From Octopus sinensis (Eukaryota): DNA of 64,000 nucleotides. Both the position numbers and the translations under genes were made by a program. The notes beneath the pieces were generated by a model, which saw only the letters and a list, made by a program, of their open reading frames with translations, had not been told where the DNA came from and ran no database searches. Of this stretch, positions 11,673 to 22,859 are shown piece by piece. The stretch covers positions 8,556,001-8,620,000 of the forward strand of contig NC_043012.1 in the NCBI RefSeq assembly GCF_006345805.1, in the 5' to 3' direction. How positions within the stretch are numbered: position 1 is the first letter of the stretch; the number at the start of each line of letters is the position of its first letter.

Positions 11673-11860
11673 TATTACAAACCTTGTCTACTCTCTGTAT
11701 TAAATTCTTGTTGCTATTAGGGCTCTGTATTAAGTCTTATTGCTGTCAAGGGTGTGGAGATGACACACAAAACTTTTGACTCCTTCATTTATGGAATATC
11801 TCTCACTTTAACTCATCTCTGTAATTAGACTAAAATTATATTTCTTATGATGATTAAAAG

Positions 11861-12168
11861 AGTGGAGGCGCAATAGCCCAGTGGTTAGGGCAGCGGACTC
11901 GCGGTCGTAGGATCGCAGTTTCGATTCCCAGACCGGGCATTGTGAGTGTTTATTGAGTGAAAACACCTAAAGCTCTGCGAGGCTCCGGCAGGGGATGGTG
12001 GCGATCCCTGCTGTACTCTTTTGCCACAACTTTCTCTCACTCTTTCTTCTGTTGGCCTGCTCACTTAACTAGCGGGATGGTGTCATTTAAAGGCTAAAAA
12101 ACAATGCGAAACGCATTGTGACCAGCGATGTGTAGCAACATCTGATAGCCTGGTTGGTCACGGTGATA
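11861..12168 (+). mobile_element. Full-length tRNA-derived SINE family D with 11-bp TSD
   Basis: atgattaaaag at 11850-11860 and 12169-12179; A/B boxes present. Confidence 0.9.
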
Positions 12169-12504
12169 ATGATTAAAAGTACACAAAATATCTGGCCCTT
12201 GCAAACCATCAAGCCGCCTTTTAGTATCCCTAACCTGTTAAAATAGGGATTGAAAGCCTGTAGCTTTGTTGGTGTTGCATTTTAAAATTTTTTTCAAAAT
12301 ATTACAAACAGTTTAACTTAGGTGTAGACAAGGCTGTGTGGTAAGAAGCTTGCTTCTGAACTACATGGTTCTGAGTTCAGTCCCACTGTGTAGCACCTTA
12401 GGTAAGTGCCTTCTACTACAACCTCAGGCTGACCAAAGCATTCTAAGTTGATTTGGTAGACAGAAACTGAAAGCCAGTCACTTCATATATATATAAATAA
12501 GATA

Positions 12505-12754
12505 AATGCACCCTTTTAAAGCCTAGCCAGGCTCATGGGCCTGGTTTCCCAGTTTTAATGGCGTATGTGTTCCCCAGCTGGATGGGACACCAGTCCATCG
12601 CAGCGTTACTCATTTTTGCCAACTGAGTGGACTGGAGCAACGTGAAATGAAGTGTTTTCCTCAAGAACACAACACGTCGCTCAGTCCAGGAATCAAAACC
12701 ACAGTCTTATGATCATGAGTTCAACACCCTAACCACTAAGTCATGCGCCTCCAC
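12505..12754 (-). mobile_element. tRNA-derived SINE (family D/E variant)
   Basis: Head gtggaggcgcatg.. on the minus strand; 3' end shared with 1171; related copy at 61190-61510. Confidence 0.7.
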
Positions 12755-12898
12755 ACACACATCATCATCATCATCGTTTAACGTCCGTTCTCCATGCTAG
12801 AATGGGTTGGACAGTTCGACCGGGGTCTGGGAAGCCAGAAGGCTGCACCAGGCTCTGGACTTATCTGGCAATGTTTCTACAGCTGGATGCCCTTCCTA

Positions 12899-12937
<39 letters not shown>

Positions 12938-12938
<1 letters not shown>

Positions 12939-13446
12939 TTACTTGTACTTGTGGCAACATTCCCCCTGGGTGGGTTGAATCGGCTTCTTCCACCACCTTC
13001 GAGGCATCTCGAACCTTGGCAGCCCATGCACGACGGTCCTGCACCAGTTCACTGGAGACAGCGAGCCAATCACGGTTCCATTGGTGCAGGCCGATGTTGC
13101 CATTGTATTTACCATTGAGAATTCATGGGAGAAGTTTCGTGGGAATGTGTGGATTTTACAAGCGGTCCCCAACAATCCCGCGTGTAGAGACATCATGTTT
13201 GCCGCAGATTGTCTGCAGACGCAGGAACAGAACGACTGAGGAGCCGTCGGTTGCCGAAACAGACACTCCGAGGATTTTCCCCAGAGCCCTATCTACCAGG
13301 TTGTGGACCTAATACCACTCGGTGTCAGACCAATCTGCCTTGGGTGGCCCTACCAGGAACCGAAGTTCCCAATGACATAGCTCTGACACTACCCGTTGCC
13401 AGCGTCTCCACCACGGTGAGGAGGGGATGGACTTTGGGGACACACT
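12938..13446 (-). mobile_element. Bipartite non-autonomous RTE element (5' UTR joined to ORF2 C-terminus and tail)
   Basis: RTE/BovB-like 5' motif gagctatg..gtagggccacccaagg; C-terminal SELVQDRRAWAAKVRDASKVVEEADSTHPGGMLPQV; (caagta) tail. Confidence 0.65.
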
Positions 13447-15785
13447 TATATATATATATATATATATATATGATATATATATATGTAAGTGTAATTCAAA
13501 TAAGAAGACAAAGAAATCCTTTAACACATCTTTAATGATTCGTTACAGTTGTTTCTCTACTAACTCTGCTTACAACGCCAATTTACATAATATTTGTGGT
13601 TTTAGACATTAAAGGTGGCACTTCATTGTTCTTGCATCAAAGGTGCACTCTTACATTGTGCGTCTGGTTAGCTGTTATGTGGTAACAGCTAACAAATAGT
13701 AAACGTGGTAACAAATAGCTGTTATATAGTAACAGGGCATGCTAGAAATAGCAGCCAAATCTTTCCTTTTTCTGAAAAAGGAGCCGTTTACATGTGATTT
13801 CGATGTCGCATTTGTTGAAAGCATGCAAAATAACCTGGAAAAGAAAAAAAAGACGCACGAAACAAAACTTCCTTGGTGGAAAACTTTGAGGTCTCCTCTA
13901 CCCCTCCCACCTTTCTTTTCAGGAAAAAAGGTGGGTTTGGAGGTCAGATACCTTGAATGCACCCACAAAAATCTGTGGAAAAAATTATTCTACATTGAGG
14001 TACAAAATATTTACTGAAAGAATAAAATCTTGTACTGATTATACCTGTATTTTAATTTATTCAAATTAATGTACCTCAAGTGGCAAAATTTTTATCAGCT
14101 GCCATCTGGAATAATTTTAGTCACAAATCAAACAGGTAAGATGCATTAAGAATTTCAGTTTTAATGTTTATCCATTACGCTATTACTTTTACACCTGTTA
14201 ATTAAATTTACCTGCCCATAAAGCCAAATTTACTCAGCAAGATCAGCTAAAATTACATAACTATAAACCAATGGTATATAAAACACCCACTGACAAAATT
14301 GCAAATCTGTATGCAAAACATTTACCAAGTTAGAAGCAAATATTGTGGACAATCCTCTTGAACCTGAATAACTCAAAATAATGTGAACAGATGTTACAGT
14401 TGACAGATTAATACAAACACTATAGATGTTTTTAGGTGGTTTTCTTTCTTACACAAATATATAACACAGCCTCGCTCGGATGGGACTACACGTGTGTTAC
14501 TTTGACATCATCATACCATAAAACTTGTTTATGAGGAAAGAAATACTGAAAAATATCAATAGATGTGAGTGAGAAAGAAATGAGGAGGGAGGTTTTGGAA
14601 TATGCTAGAAACAACACATTTTCCTCTGAAATTATTAACAATTTATATGTTAAACTGAAAATGTTTCTCTCGTGGGTTTTAAGTGCAAATGAAAAAAAAA
14701 AAGGAAGACCCAAATCGTTTCAAACTGGGATAGTGAGGGAGTGGCGGGACTGAAAAAAATTTTTTCAAAATTTTTTTTTTTTCATGAAAAGATGCATCTC
14801 ATCATTCTGAAGACTTTGATGAAAAACATTGGAAAAAAATCCTCGTCAAAACAGAGAAATTTCAACTTACATGGGCTTTCTGATCTGAAACTCCTCCCCA
14901 CGCCCTCTTCCAAATATTTTGCCTACATATTTCGTTGTAATTGTAATCTACACCATTTGAAAGAAATTTGTGTAAAATTTCATTAAAAAATACCTATTTC
15001 TAGAAAGTTATGGGGGAAATGTCAGGTTCTGTGAATTTTCTGAAATTCTCCTCCCCAACCTGTCGGAAAAGTTTTTCCAACAAATCATTACATACATACA
15101 CTTTACAGGATATAAGTAATTATTTGGTGAAAGTTTCGTTAAAAAGTATCCATTATTCTGGAAGTTATGAGGCAACAAAGTCGGCGATGTATTAAACTTT
15201 TTTCAATGAAAGTTAACGTTAATGGATTAACGCTAACTTCCATTACATTTTCAAAGAAATAACGGATTAACATGTTGATTAATGGTGCCCAGCTGTGTGT
15301 GTATATATATATACATACATACATACATATATACATGGAGTTGCTATTTTACATCTGCAACCTAGCATCAATGACAACGTTGAGAGTTATTTTTTAAGGT
15401 CTGTATATCTCTCTGTTTCCATCACTGGCCACACTTGTATATACAAGAATTAGACAAAACTCATCAATTGTTTAATGGCCCACAAATATATTAATCTTCA
15501 AGAGTTTTCAGAAACGATCCAAGATCTACAGAGAACATGCCAGTAGTCCACCTGTCACTGACCCGTGTATTAGAACATAGCAGGGTTTCAAGAAACTGGG
15601 GGTGGTCTGCATTGGTAAAGGATAATTATTAAGCAGTAAAGTTATAGGGAGTCTGGATATGGTTATATTCTTTAATGAGAAGAACAATTTAATTGTTCAG
15701 TTCTATATTTAAGAGATGAAGAATTATGTGCATTATTTACATTATTTACATTCAACAGATATTTGTCCCCATCTTGTTTGTTGTT

Positions 15786-15831
15786 AACACAACGTTTCAG
15801 CTGATATACTCTCCAGCCTTCTTCAGGTGTC
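15786..15831 (-). ncRNA. Minimal type I hammerhead ribozyme fold
   Basis: GACAC-CUGAAGA-A-GGCUG-loop-CAGCU-GAAAC-GU-U-GUGUU; palindromic stem III AACGUU. Confidence 0.6.
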
Positions 15832-15882
15832 TTGTGGAAATTTTGAACCTGGGTTCTCATTCCTAAGGTATTTTTCAATGTT

Positions 15883-15913
<31 letters not shown>

Positions 15914-16106
15914 TAATAATTATTATTATTATTGTTCAAGGAACAATACACCATATGCCCGTGGGCAAATGGGGTAGTGGTTAAGAGCACAGGCTACTAA
16001 CCTTAGGATTCTGAGTTCGATTCCAAGCAGTGACCTGAACAATAATAATAAGAAGAACATTGAAAAATACCTTAGGAATGAGAACCCAGTTTTGAAATTT
16101 CCCCAA

Positions 16107-16152
16107 GACACCTGATGAAGGCTGGAGGGTACATCAGCCGAAACATTGTGTT
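16107..16152 (+). ncRNA. Minimal type I hammerhead ribozyme fold (stem III mutated)
   Basis: GACAC-CUGAUGA-A-GGCUG-loop-CAGCC-GAAAC-AU-U-GUGUU; a G>A change breaks the stem III palindrome. Confidence 0.5.
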
Positions 16153-16830
16153 AACAACAAACAAGATGAGGACAAATATCTGTTGAATGTAAATAATGCA
16201 ATCTAGTTGTTACTGGATGGAATCTCAGTCTGAATTAGAAAAGATATTTTTCAACAAAAGTGGGTTTTCAACAGGAATGAAAACCTGCAAGAACGAGATA
16301 AGAATATAAGTGTGGTGGTGGGGTACAAAATGTAGCAGGAGGTAGTCATCATCATCATCACCACCACCACCACCACTATCATCATCATCATCAACAACAA
16401 CATTTAATGTTAGTTTTCCATGCTGACATGGGCTGGACAGCTTGACAAGAACTGGCAAAGCCAGGTGTTGCACCAGGTGCCATAGCCTGTTTTGGCTTGG
16501 TTTCTATGGCTGGATGCCCTTCCTAACACCAACCACTTTACAGAGTGTACTGGGTGCATTTTACATGGCACCATCAATAGTGCTTTTTATATGGCACCAG
16601 CACCCACACCAGTGCTTTTTATGTGGAACCTTGGTTTTAGGATCTCAATTCTGCTGTGGCAGGCAGGTCCTCCAATACACATCTCAGTCGTCTATAATTT
16701 CCTTTGAGATCAACCTTCAATATTTTGATAAATCCAAATTTCTTTATAGAGACTGTGTTGTGTCGGTAGAGAAAAAATAGTAAAGTAATAAATATCAGGA
16801 GAGCAGCGATTTACACAACCAGCAAATAAA

Positions 16831-16875
<45 letters not shown>

Positions 16876-17138
16876 CTAAGGAGAGGTAAAAAAAATCATT
16901 AAAAATTTTTAAAAAACGTTCAGATCATGTTGCGAAGAAGTTTGTTTTTCATCCTTCATGGGTTGATATAATTAAAGGCCCAGTAAAGTCTTGAGAACGA
17001 TTTAATTGCAAATTATCCTAGATGTAAACTGAAATAGAAAAAAAAACTGTAAGTATTGCGCAGATTTAGTGGCGGATGAGTTTGAGGTGGGGACATAACT
17101 GGAATGTTACACCGTGAGTGGAAAGTAAAACTTGTTTA

Positions 17139-17186
17139 ATGTTTCTTGACATTAAAACTATTTTATTGTTTCTCTCTCTTTCGAAG
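17139..17186 (+). CDS. FAM172A: FAM172A candidate first coding exon 1a (signal-peptide-like)
   Basis: ATG..MFLDIKTILLFLSLSK, aag|gtaagt, phase 0, in frame with exon 2. Confidence 0.65.
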
Positions 17187-18048
17187 GTAAGTTTATTTTA
17201 TTTCGATGGCTTCGTCTTTAATGCGGCATTCGTTTTTCTCGAAGGTTATAAAAGAAGTTGCCCTGTTATTTCCGTCCTGCACGTTTTTGCGTCGATTTGT
17301 TTAGAAATATTTCTAGATTTCCATTCTTTTAATCGAGTTTCTGGCTTGGTTCGCAATAAACACACACACATATCTGACCTACGCCGTATTAGGGGCTTTG
17401 ATCGATTACCGAACCAAGAGAATAATTAGCAATTAATTGCTCATATCTCAAGGTAATGTTTATATATATTTCCTCGTGTCGCTCCCCCACAACATGCAAC
17501 AACTCAAAGACCATTCCACAGACACTCTGTGGTAAGTAGAAGAGATAAACAACCATTAGACACTGTATTTGGTGTCTGTTTTACTAGTTTAAAGGTTTTC
17601 TTATTGTCTAAGACATTTTTATGGCGCTTCTTCGTTTCCGGGCCCCAACGAAAGGAAAAGATTTAATCTTTTATAGCAATTGTTTTATTTATTTATTTTT
17701 TTGTTGGGATGTCAAGTGAAAGTATTTGGAATGCTAAATTATTACTGTTATACGGCATTCTTACACCTGTCTAGATGGATTGCCTTTCATCCTTTCGGGG
17801 TCAATAAATTAAGTACCAGTTACGCACTGGGGTCGATGTAATCGACTTAATACCTATGTCTGTCCTTGTTTGTCCCCTCTGTGTTTAGCCCCAATGTGGG
17901 CAATAAAGAAATAGGATGTGGTAGCCGAAAATCATGGAACGAGAGCGCGGAGTTGGCGGAGGACAAAAATATAAAAGATTGAATTTTTGTAACAAAATTT
18001 CTTTCACAGAACAAAACAATCGTTGTATTCCTTTCTTCTTCCTTTACC

Positions 18049-18069
18049 ATGAAAGTTCACAGCGATTCC
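18049..18069 (+). CDS. FAM172A: FAM172A candidate alternative first coding exon 1b
   Basis: accATG AAA GTT CAC AGC GAT TCC|gtaagt, phase 0, MKVHSDS. Confidence 0.45.
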
Positions 18070-18695
18070 GTAAGTTTGTTCCGATCAGAGTTTGGAAACA
18101 GGTTTACGAGTAAAGAATTTCCAAATATCTTTAAGACTGTTGACATGCTAGCTGTGATTGGGGCCCGTCGCTAGGGGTAGGGGCTCTGTCCCCCCACCCA
18201 CTATTCAGTGGTGCACCCTCACATTTACAACATACAATTTACGAAAATGTTCCCGCCATACGTTTATTGAAGTCTGACGAACTTTTCTTCTTAAATGAGA
18301 ACGAATAATATATTTTTTTGGAAATAATACAGAAGATGAAACAGAGTGATTGTGAAAAATTCCCTTAGAAAATAATTAGTAGAGGGGAAAATGATATTGA
18401 ATGAAGGGAAAAAAGCAAAAATCGAAAAATATCGACAACAATAACAGCAGCAATGAAAAAAAGCAAAAATAGCGCTGATGAAATCTCGATCTATATTCTA
18501 CGAATGCGCAGAAGAATACCTATACATATGTACCACACACACAAACACATATGCATGTTTATTCATTCGTTTACACTTTATTAACCCTGCTTCTGATCCC
18601 ATCTACACACACGCATATGTATAGGGATTGCTGTTAGTACTGGCGCCATTTAGACCAGATACTGACAACCTTAACATTCCTTGCAAAAAAAAAAA

Positions 18696-19099
18696 GGCGA
18701 TCTTTCGTCTCTAGTAGACCTTTCCGTCGATTTCCGTAAAAAAATTTTTTTTCTACATATGGGCTTGCGGGAACTTTTGAAGTAATGAGAGCGAAAGAGA
18801 CTAAGAGAAAGCGATTGTATGACGAGGGAAGTTCTTTTGAAGTTACCGTGCATGTGAAGCATTGATGTACACGTGTGTGTGTGTGTGTGTTTGATGGGGT
18901 GCGGGAGACAGACAGTATGTTGTGTAAGTGAAGTGCTTCTGTTAGTGTGTGTGAAAGAAAGAGATAACTGAAATTTTTTACTCGGTGTATGTGTATATGT
19001 ATGTATATTACTTCAAAAGTTTCCGCAAGCCCATATGTAAAAAAAAAAAAAATTATTACGGAAATCGACGGAAAGGTCTACTAGAGACGAAAGATCGCC
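18696..19099. mobile_element. MITE with ~92-bp TIRs (GG...CC termini)
   Basis: ggcgatctttcgtctctagtagacctttccgtcgatttccgtaa and its exact reverse complement ending at 19099. Confidence 0.85.
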
Positions 19100-20009
19100 A
19101 AGTCAATTAAACTTCCCAGGGAAAAGAAACTGGTTCACGCGAACATTCAAACATATATATACTTACACACACACACGCACAGATTTTAAAATTAGCTTCA
19201 CTTTAGAAACCCGTTTCGTTAGCTTGAGAATTTGATGTCTTTCTTCGATTTTCATAATTGTATTTTACCATCACAACTTCATTATCTTCTCCGATCAAAA
19301 TCTTGCAATAATAACTTAAGTGTCGCAACAAACATTTTGGCTTGTCTTTGAGAAGAAAGACGGGAGGAAGTCTTTCCAAGTTCCCCGAACACTCAATTAT
19401 TCAAAATAACAACTATTTATAGTTTGCTTTCTTTAAAGTATTTTCTTCTAAATTCTATTTTATTTTGCCTGAACTAACAAAACAAAAAAAAAAATCAAAT
19501 TAAAAAGCCATGAAATGACAGAGATCAATCTTGTCTCTGCTTTGGGTCGGAAATCCTAAAACCTCTAAAACTTGCAAAAATTACGAGATTTCTTCCATTT
19601 CAAATCAACCACAGTTAACTGCATCTGCAACAATACACCATCCTTTAATTTCTTTAGCAGCTGATGTTATACAGCTTATAGAACTTGAAATGTTTCCTAA
19701 ACTTGATTTATCTGCCATGTCAACCAAAATTATCAATGTATCATCCTAAACAATAAATTAAAAAAAAAAAAAGGAAATGCGACTTCTGTGCTTTGTGGTT
19801 CAGTGGCAGACCTTGGTTAGAATTGTTAATTCATTCTAAGGCTGTTTTTTTGCTATTATAGTCATTTTTGTTCATCCCAGAATGATGACAATAGATTTAA
19901 AGTTGTAGGATATAATATACCAACTATTATAAATGCTTTGTCAAAAAGCAAAGATTTTAGCATGCAGGAGAATTCTTTTGCACATGAAAATGCTATGAAA
20001 GTTTGGAAT

Positions 20010-20370
20010 CATCATCATCATCATCATTGTTTAACGTCCGTTTTCCGCGCTAGCACGGGTTGGACGGTTCGACCGGGGTCTGGGAAGCCAGGGGCTGCAC
20101 CAGGCTCCAGTCTGATCTGGCAGAGTTTCTACAGCTGGATGCCCTTCCTAACGCCAACCACTCCACGAGTGTAGTGGGTGCTTTTTACGTGCCACCTGCA
20201 CGATCGGTTGGAGCTTTTAACGTGCCACCGGCACGGAAGCCAGCCAAGGCAGTGCTGGCAACGGCCACGTTCGGACGGTGCTTTTTATGTGCCACTGGCA
20301 CAGAAGCCAGTCGGGGCGGCGCTGGCAACGGCCACGTTCGGATGGTGCTTTTTATGTGCCACCGGAATGA
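20010..20370 (-). mobile_element. Repeat family C copy
   Basis: (CAT)n tail on the left, VNTR units on the right. Confidence 0.85.
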
Positions 20371-20530
20371 AAGGCAGAAATGCAGGGCAACTAATCAGAA
20401 TGTATCTACAATGGTTGAAGATCAACTGACAAAAAAATCAGTATTATTTACAATGTTGTAGAAGTGATTAAGTTTTCATGCTTTAATGAACTTGCACTTT
20501 GGTGTGATTACAATGAAAATGTCACCTGTC

Positions 20531-20928
20531 AGATCTTTTCGGTTTGAACGGCAGTTTTTAAAATAATTTCCATGTAACTAAACACTTTTAAACTTCGTAT
20601 ACTGGTAGAATGTGTTTATAAAACATCTTTTTCTCTTGGCTTTATTGAGAAAATTCTATAGTTTGTAAGATATTTGTTGTTGTTTTTTCTTCAATTTCTG
20701 CAATTTCAACCAATCAATGACGTCTATTGAGGGGAAAACATTCTGTGCCATATGAATATGTCCCTCGTTTAAGAAACAGATTGGGTTTATTTACATTTGT
20801 GAAGAAAAAAAGATACCCTAACCCTAAAGCAGATTGAAATGCAATAGATCGATACTAGGGTCATAATTATGGGTGACAATTTCATATGACATCGCTAGAA
20901 AAAACTGCTGTTCAAACCGAAAAGATCC
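20531..20928. mobile_element. MITE with 28-bp TIRs and 8-bp TSD
   Basis: cacctgtc|agatcttttcggtttgaacggcagttttt...aaaaactgctgttcaaaccgaaaagatcc|cacctgtc. Confidence 0.9.
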
Positions 20929-20964
20929 CACCTGTCTTAACAGCTATAATAAAAATGAAGTTTC

Positions 20965-21405
20965 TCTGCTACTTTTATGGGTTTTTTTAATGTACTCTTA
21001 GACAAGATGCCAAATTGAAAGGAATATTTTCAATGATGCCTAAAAATGCATCATACACATCTGTTATGCAAATTAAATTTTACAACTTATGAAAGATGTT
21101 GTTTTGAATCAAATGACTGATGATAACCATCACTCAAACATCCCTTTCTTTACAATTAATACTGAAAATTGTCCAATAATTCTGAGGTTTGTAAAAGTAG
21201 GGATTATATCAGAAAGTCTTACAGCTTTAATTATGAGCAAAGACTCTGGCTGAAATCTTGGCTAATGTAATTATTCAAAGTGTTGAAGATGCTGAACTAA
21301 AGTTGGAAAGCACTTTATCTCAGTGCTTTGCTGGGTTCCTCAGTAATGCCTGGCTGTACCTGTGATGTTCAGAAACTAATGCAACAGAAAATTATAAAGG
21401 ATGTT
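20965..21405 (+). pseudogene. Degenerate hAT (ZMYM1-like) transposase fossil
   Basis: Frameshifted pieces LRQDAKLKGIFSMMPKNASYTS, IILRFVK, AEILANVIIQSVEDAELKLESTLSQC, SVMPGCTCDVQK resemble the hAT KNA.YTS / LRFV / GQ.YDGASVMSG motifs. Confidence 0.6.
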
Positions 21406-21426
21406 ATACAACTTATAAATTATATA

Positions 21427-21599
21427 GGCGTAGGAGTGGCTGTGTGGTAAGTAGCTTGCTTACCAACCACATGGTTCCGGGTTCAGTCCCACTGCATGGC
21501 ACCATGGGCAAGTGTCTTCTACTATAGCCTTAGGTCGACCAAAGCCTTGTGAGTGGATTTGGTAGATGGAAACTGAAAGAAGCTTGTCATGTATATGTC

Positions 21600-21632
<33 letters not shown>

Positions 21633-21817
21633 TTATCTGTGTTTGTCCCCCCAGCATTGCTTGACAACCGATGTTGGTGTGTTTACGTCCCTGTCACTTA
21701 GCAGTTTAGCAAAAGAGACTTTGGTTTACAAAGAATAAGTCCTGGGATCGATTTGCTCGACTAAAGGCGGTGCTTCAACATGGCCGCAGTCAAATGACTG
21801 AAACAAGTAAAAGAGTA
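21427..21817 (+). mobile_element. Full-length SINE family B (tRNA head, CORE-like accttgggcaagtgtctt, internal (TA)n)
   Basis: Complete head-to-tail match with 42117, 43004(-), 45476(-) and 35595(-). Confidence 0.9.
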
Positions 21818-22155
21818 ATACAAGCTATAATCATGCAATTGACTAAAATCAATTGAGAAAGAAGACAATAGAAAACAAAGACAAAGACTCAAAAGTAACA
21901 AAGTTTTAAATGAGAAACAGCAAAAGGTGTATAGTGTGGGGATTCTGCACTGTAGTGGTAGCAGAGCAGCAGGCAATAGCTACTTAGTACAAAAAGAGGG
22001 TCAAAAGAGATGAACACAAACTTCCACAAAAATGTGTAATAGATTCTGTATATTTCTTGTGTATATATTGTTCTGTATAATTATAAATATATATATTGTG
22101 TATATTTTCTGTATGCTGTTGTGTATAGTTCTTGTCTATGTAGTAATGTATTTCT

Positions 22156-22201
<46 letters not shown>

Positions 22202-22269
22202 GTGTATATTTTGATTTCCTGTAAATAATGAAATTTACCTTCCCTTTTTTCTTTCTTTTTTGACCTCAG

Positions 22270-22492
22270 TTACTCAGTTCCACAAAACAGAATTTGTCTT
22301 GGAGACATTCTGAAAACAAGTGCCTTATGCAGCCAGAGAATGGTCTGGAACATTCAAGCAAGGAAGATATAAAAATGTCAATTCTAGACAAAACTAGCGA
22401 AAGAAACTCTGGCGATGATGTTTCTTCTGCAGACTGTGAAATGGAAGAAAAAGAAAGAAATTCGCAGAAACTCATGCCAGAATCCACGAAAG
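22270..22492 (+). CDS. FAM172A: FAM172A exon 2 (low-complexity acidic N-terminal region)
   Basis: Polypyrimidine tract then cctcag|; open frame LLSSTKQNLSWRH...PESTK; the only phase-1 donor found is aag|gttcca. Confidence 0.65.
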
Positions 22493-22859
22493 GTTCCAAA
22501 ACTGAAGGGGACTTGAAATTGACATCTTCGAATCAGTGCAACTTGAGCCATAAACAGAAATATAAAAAAAAAATTGTGGTGTAAAACAAATGAAATTATT
22601 TCCTTCGAAAGAATCTGGCAAAATTTTACTAAAAGGTTAGCTCAAACATTTTGAAGGGTGGTTGTCTGCATTTGTGTGAGGGTGGTGTGGAAAGAAGTTG
22701 GTTTCCCAATTAAATGCTTCCAGGTTTTGTGTTCCATTACGTGGCACTTTGCACAAGTGTCTTCTACTATAGCCTCAGGTTGACTAAAGCCTTGTGAGTG
22801 AATTTGGTAGCCTGTTATATGTGTGTGTGTTTGTATATTGTTGGCATCTTTTTGTCTCG

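Larger units (their letters stand above)
15729..16200. mobile_element. Penelope-type pLTR inverted repeat flanking a tRNA-like head
   Basis: Arms 15729-15882 and 16056-16200 are reverse complements; central A-box tggggtagtgg (15970) and B-box gttcgattc (~16015); (AAT)n linkers. Confidence 0.75.

Noticed and set aside
14540-15190. Possible Helentron/DINE-like element with repeated aaatttc..aaaaa..tat....ctagaagttatg motifs
   Set aside because: Termini could not be defined and there is no second copy in the window.
17494-17531. Third candidate FAM172A first exon (ATG..TG|gtaagt)
   Set aside because: Phase 2, out of frame with exon 2 and hits a stop; at most a non-coding or uORF leader.
19531-19772. 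Plus-strand ORF ending at AATAAA plus A13 (retrocopy?) or a minus-strand 46-codon exon after a T-rich acceptor
   Set aside because: No recognisable homology, TSD or partner exons on either strand; compatible with chance.
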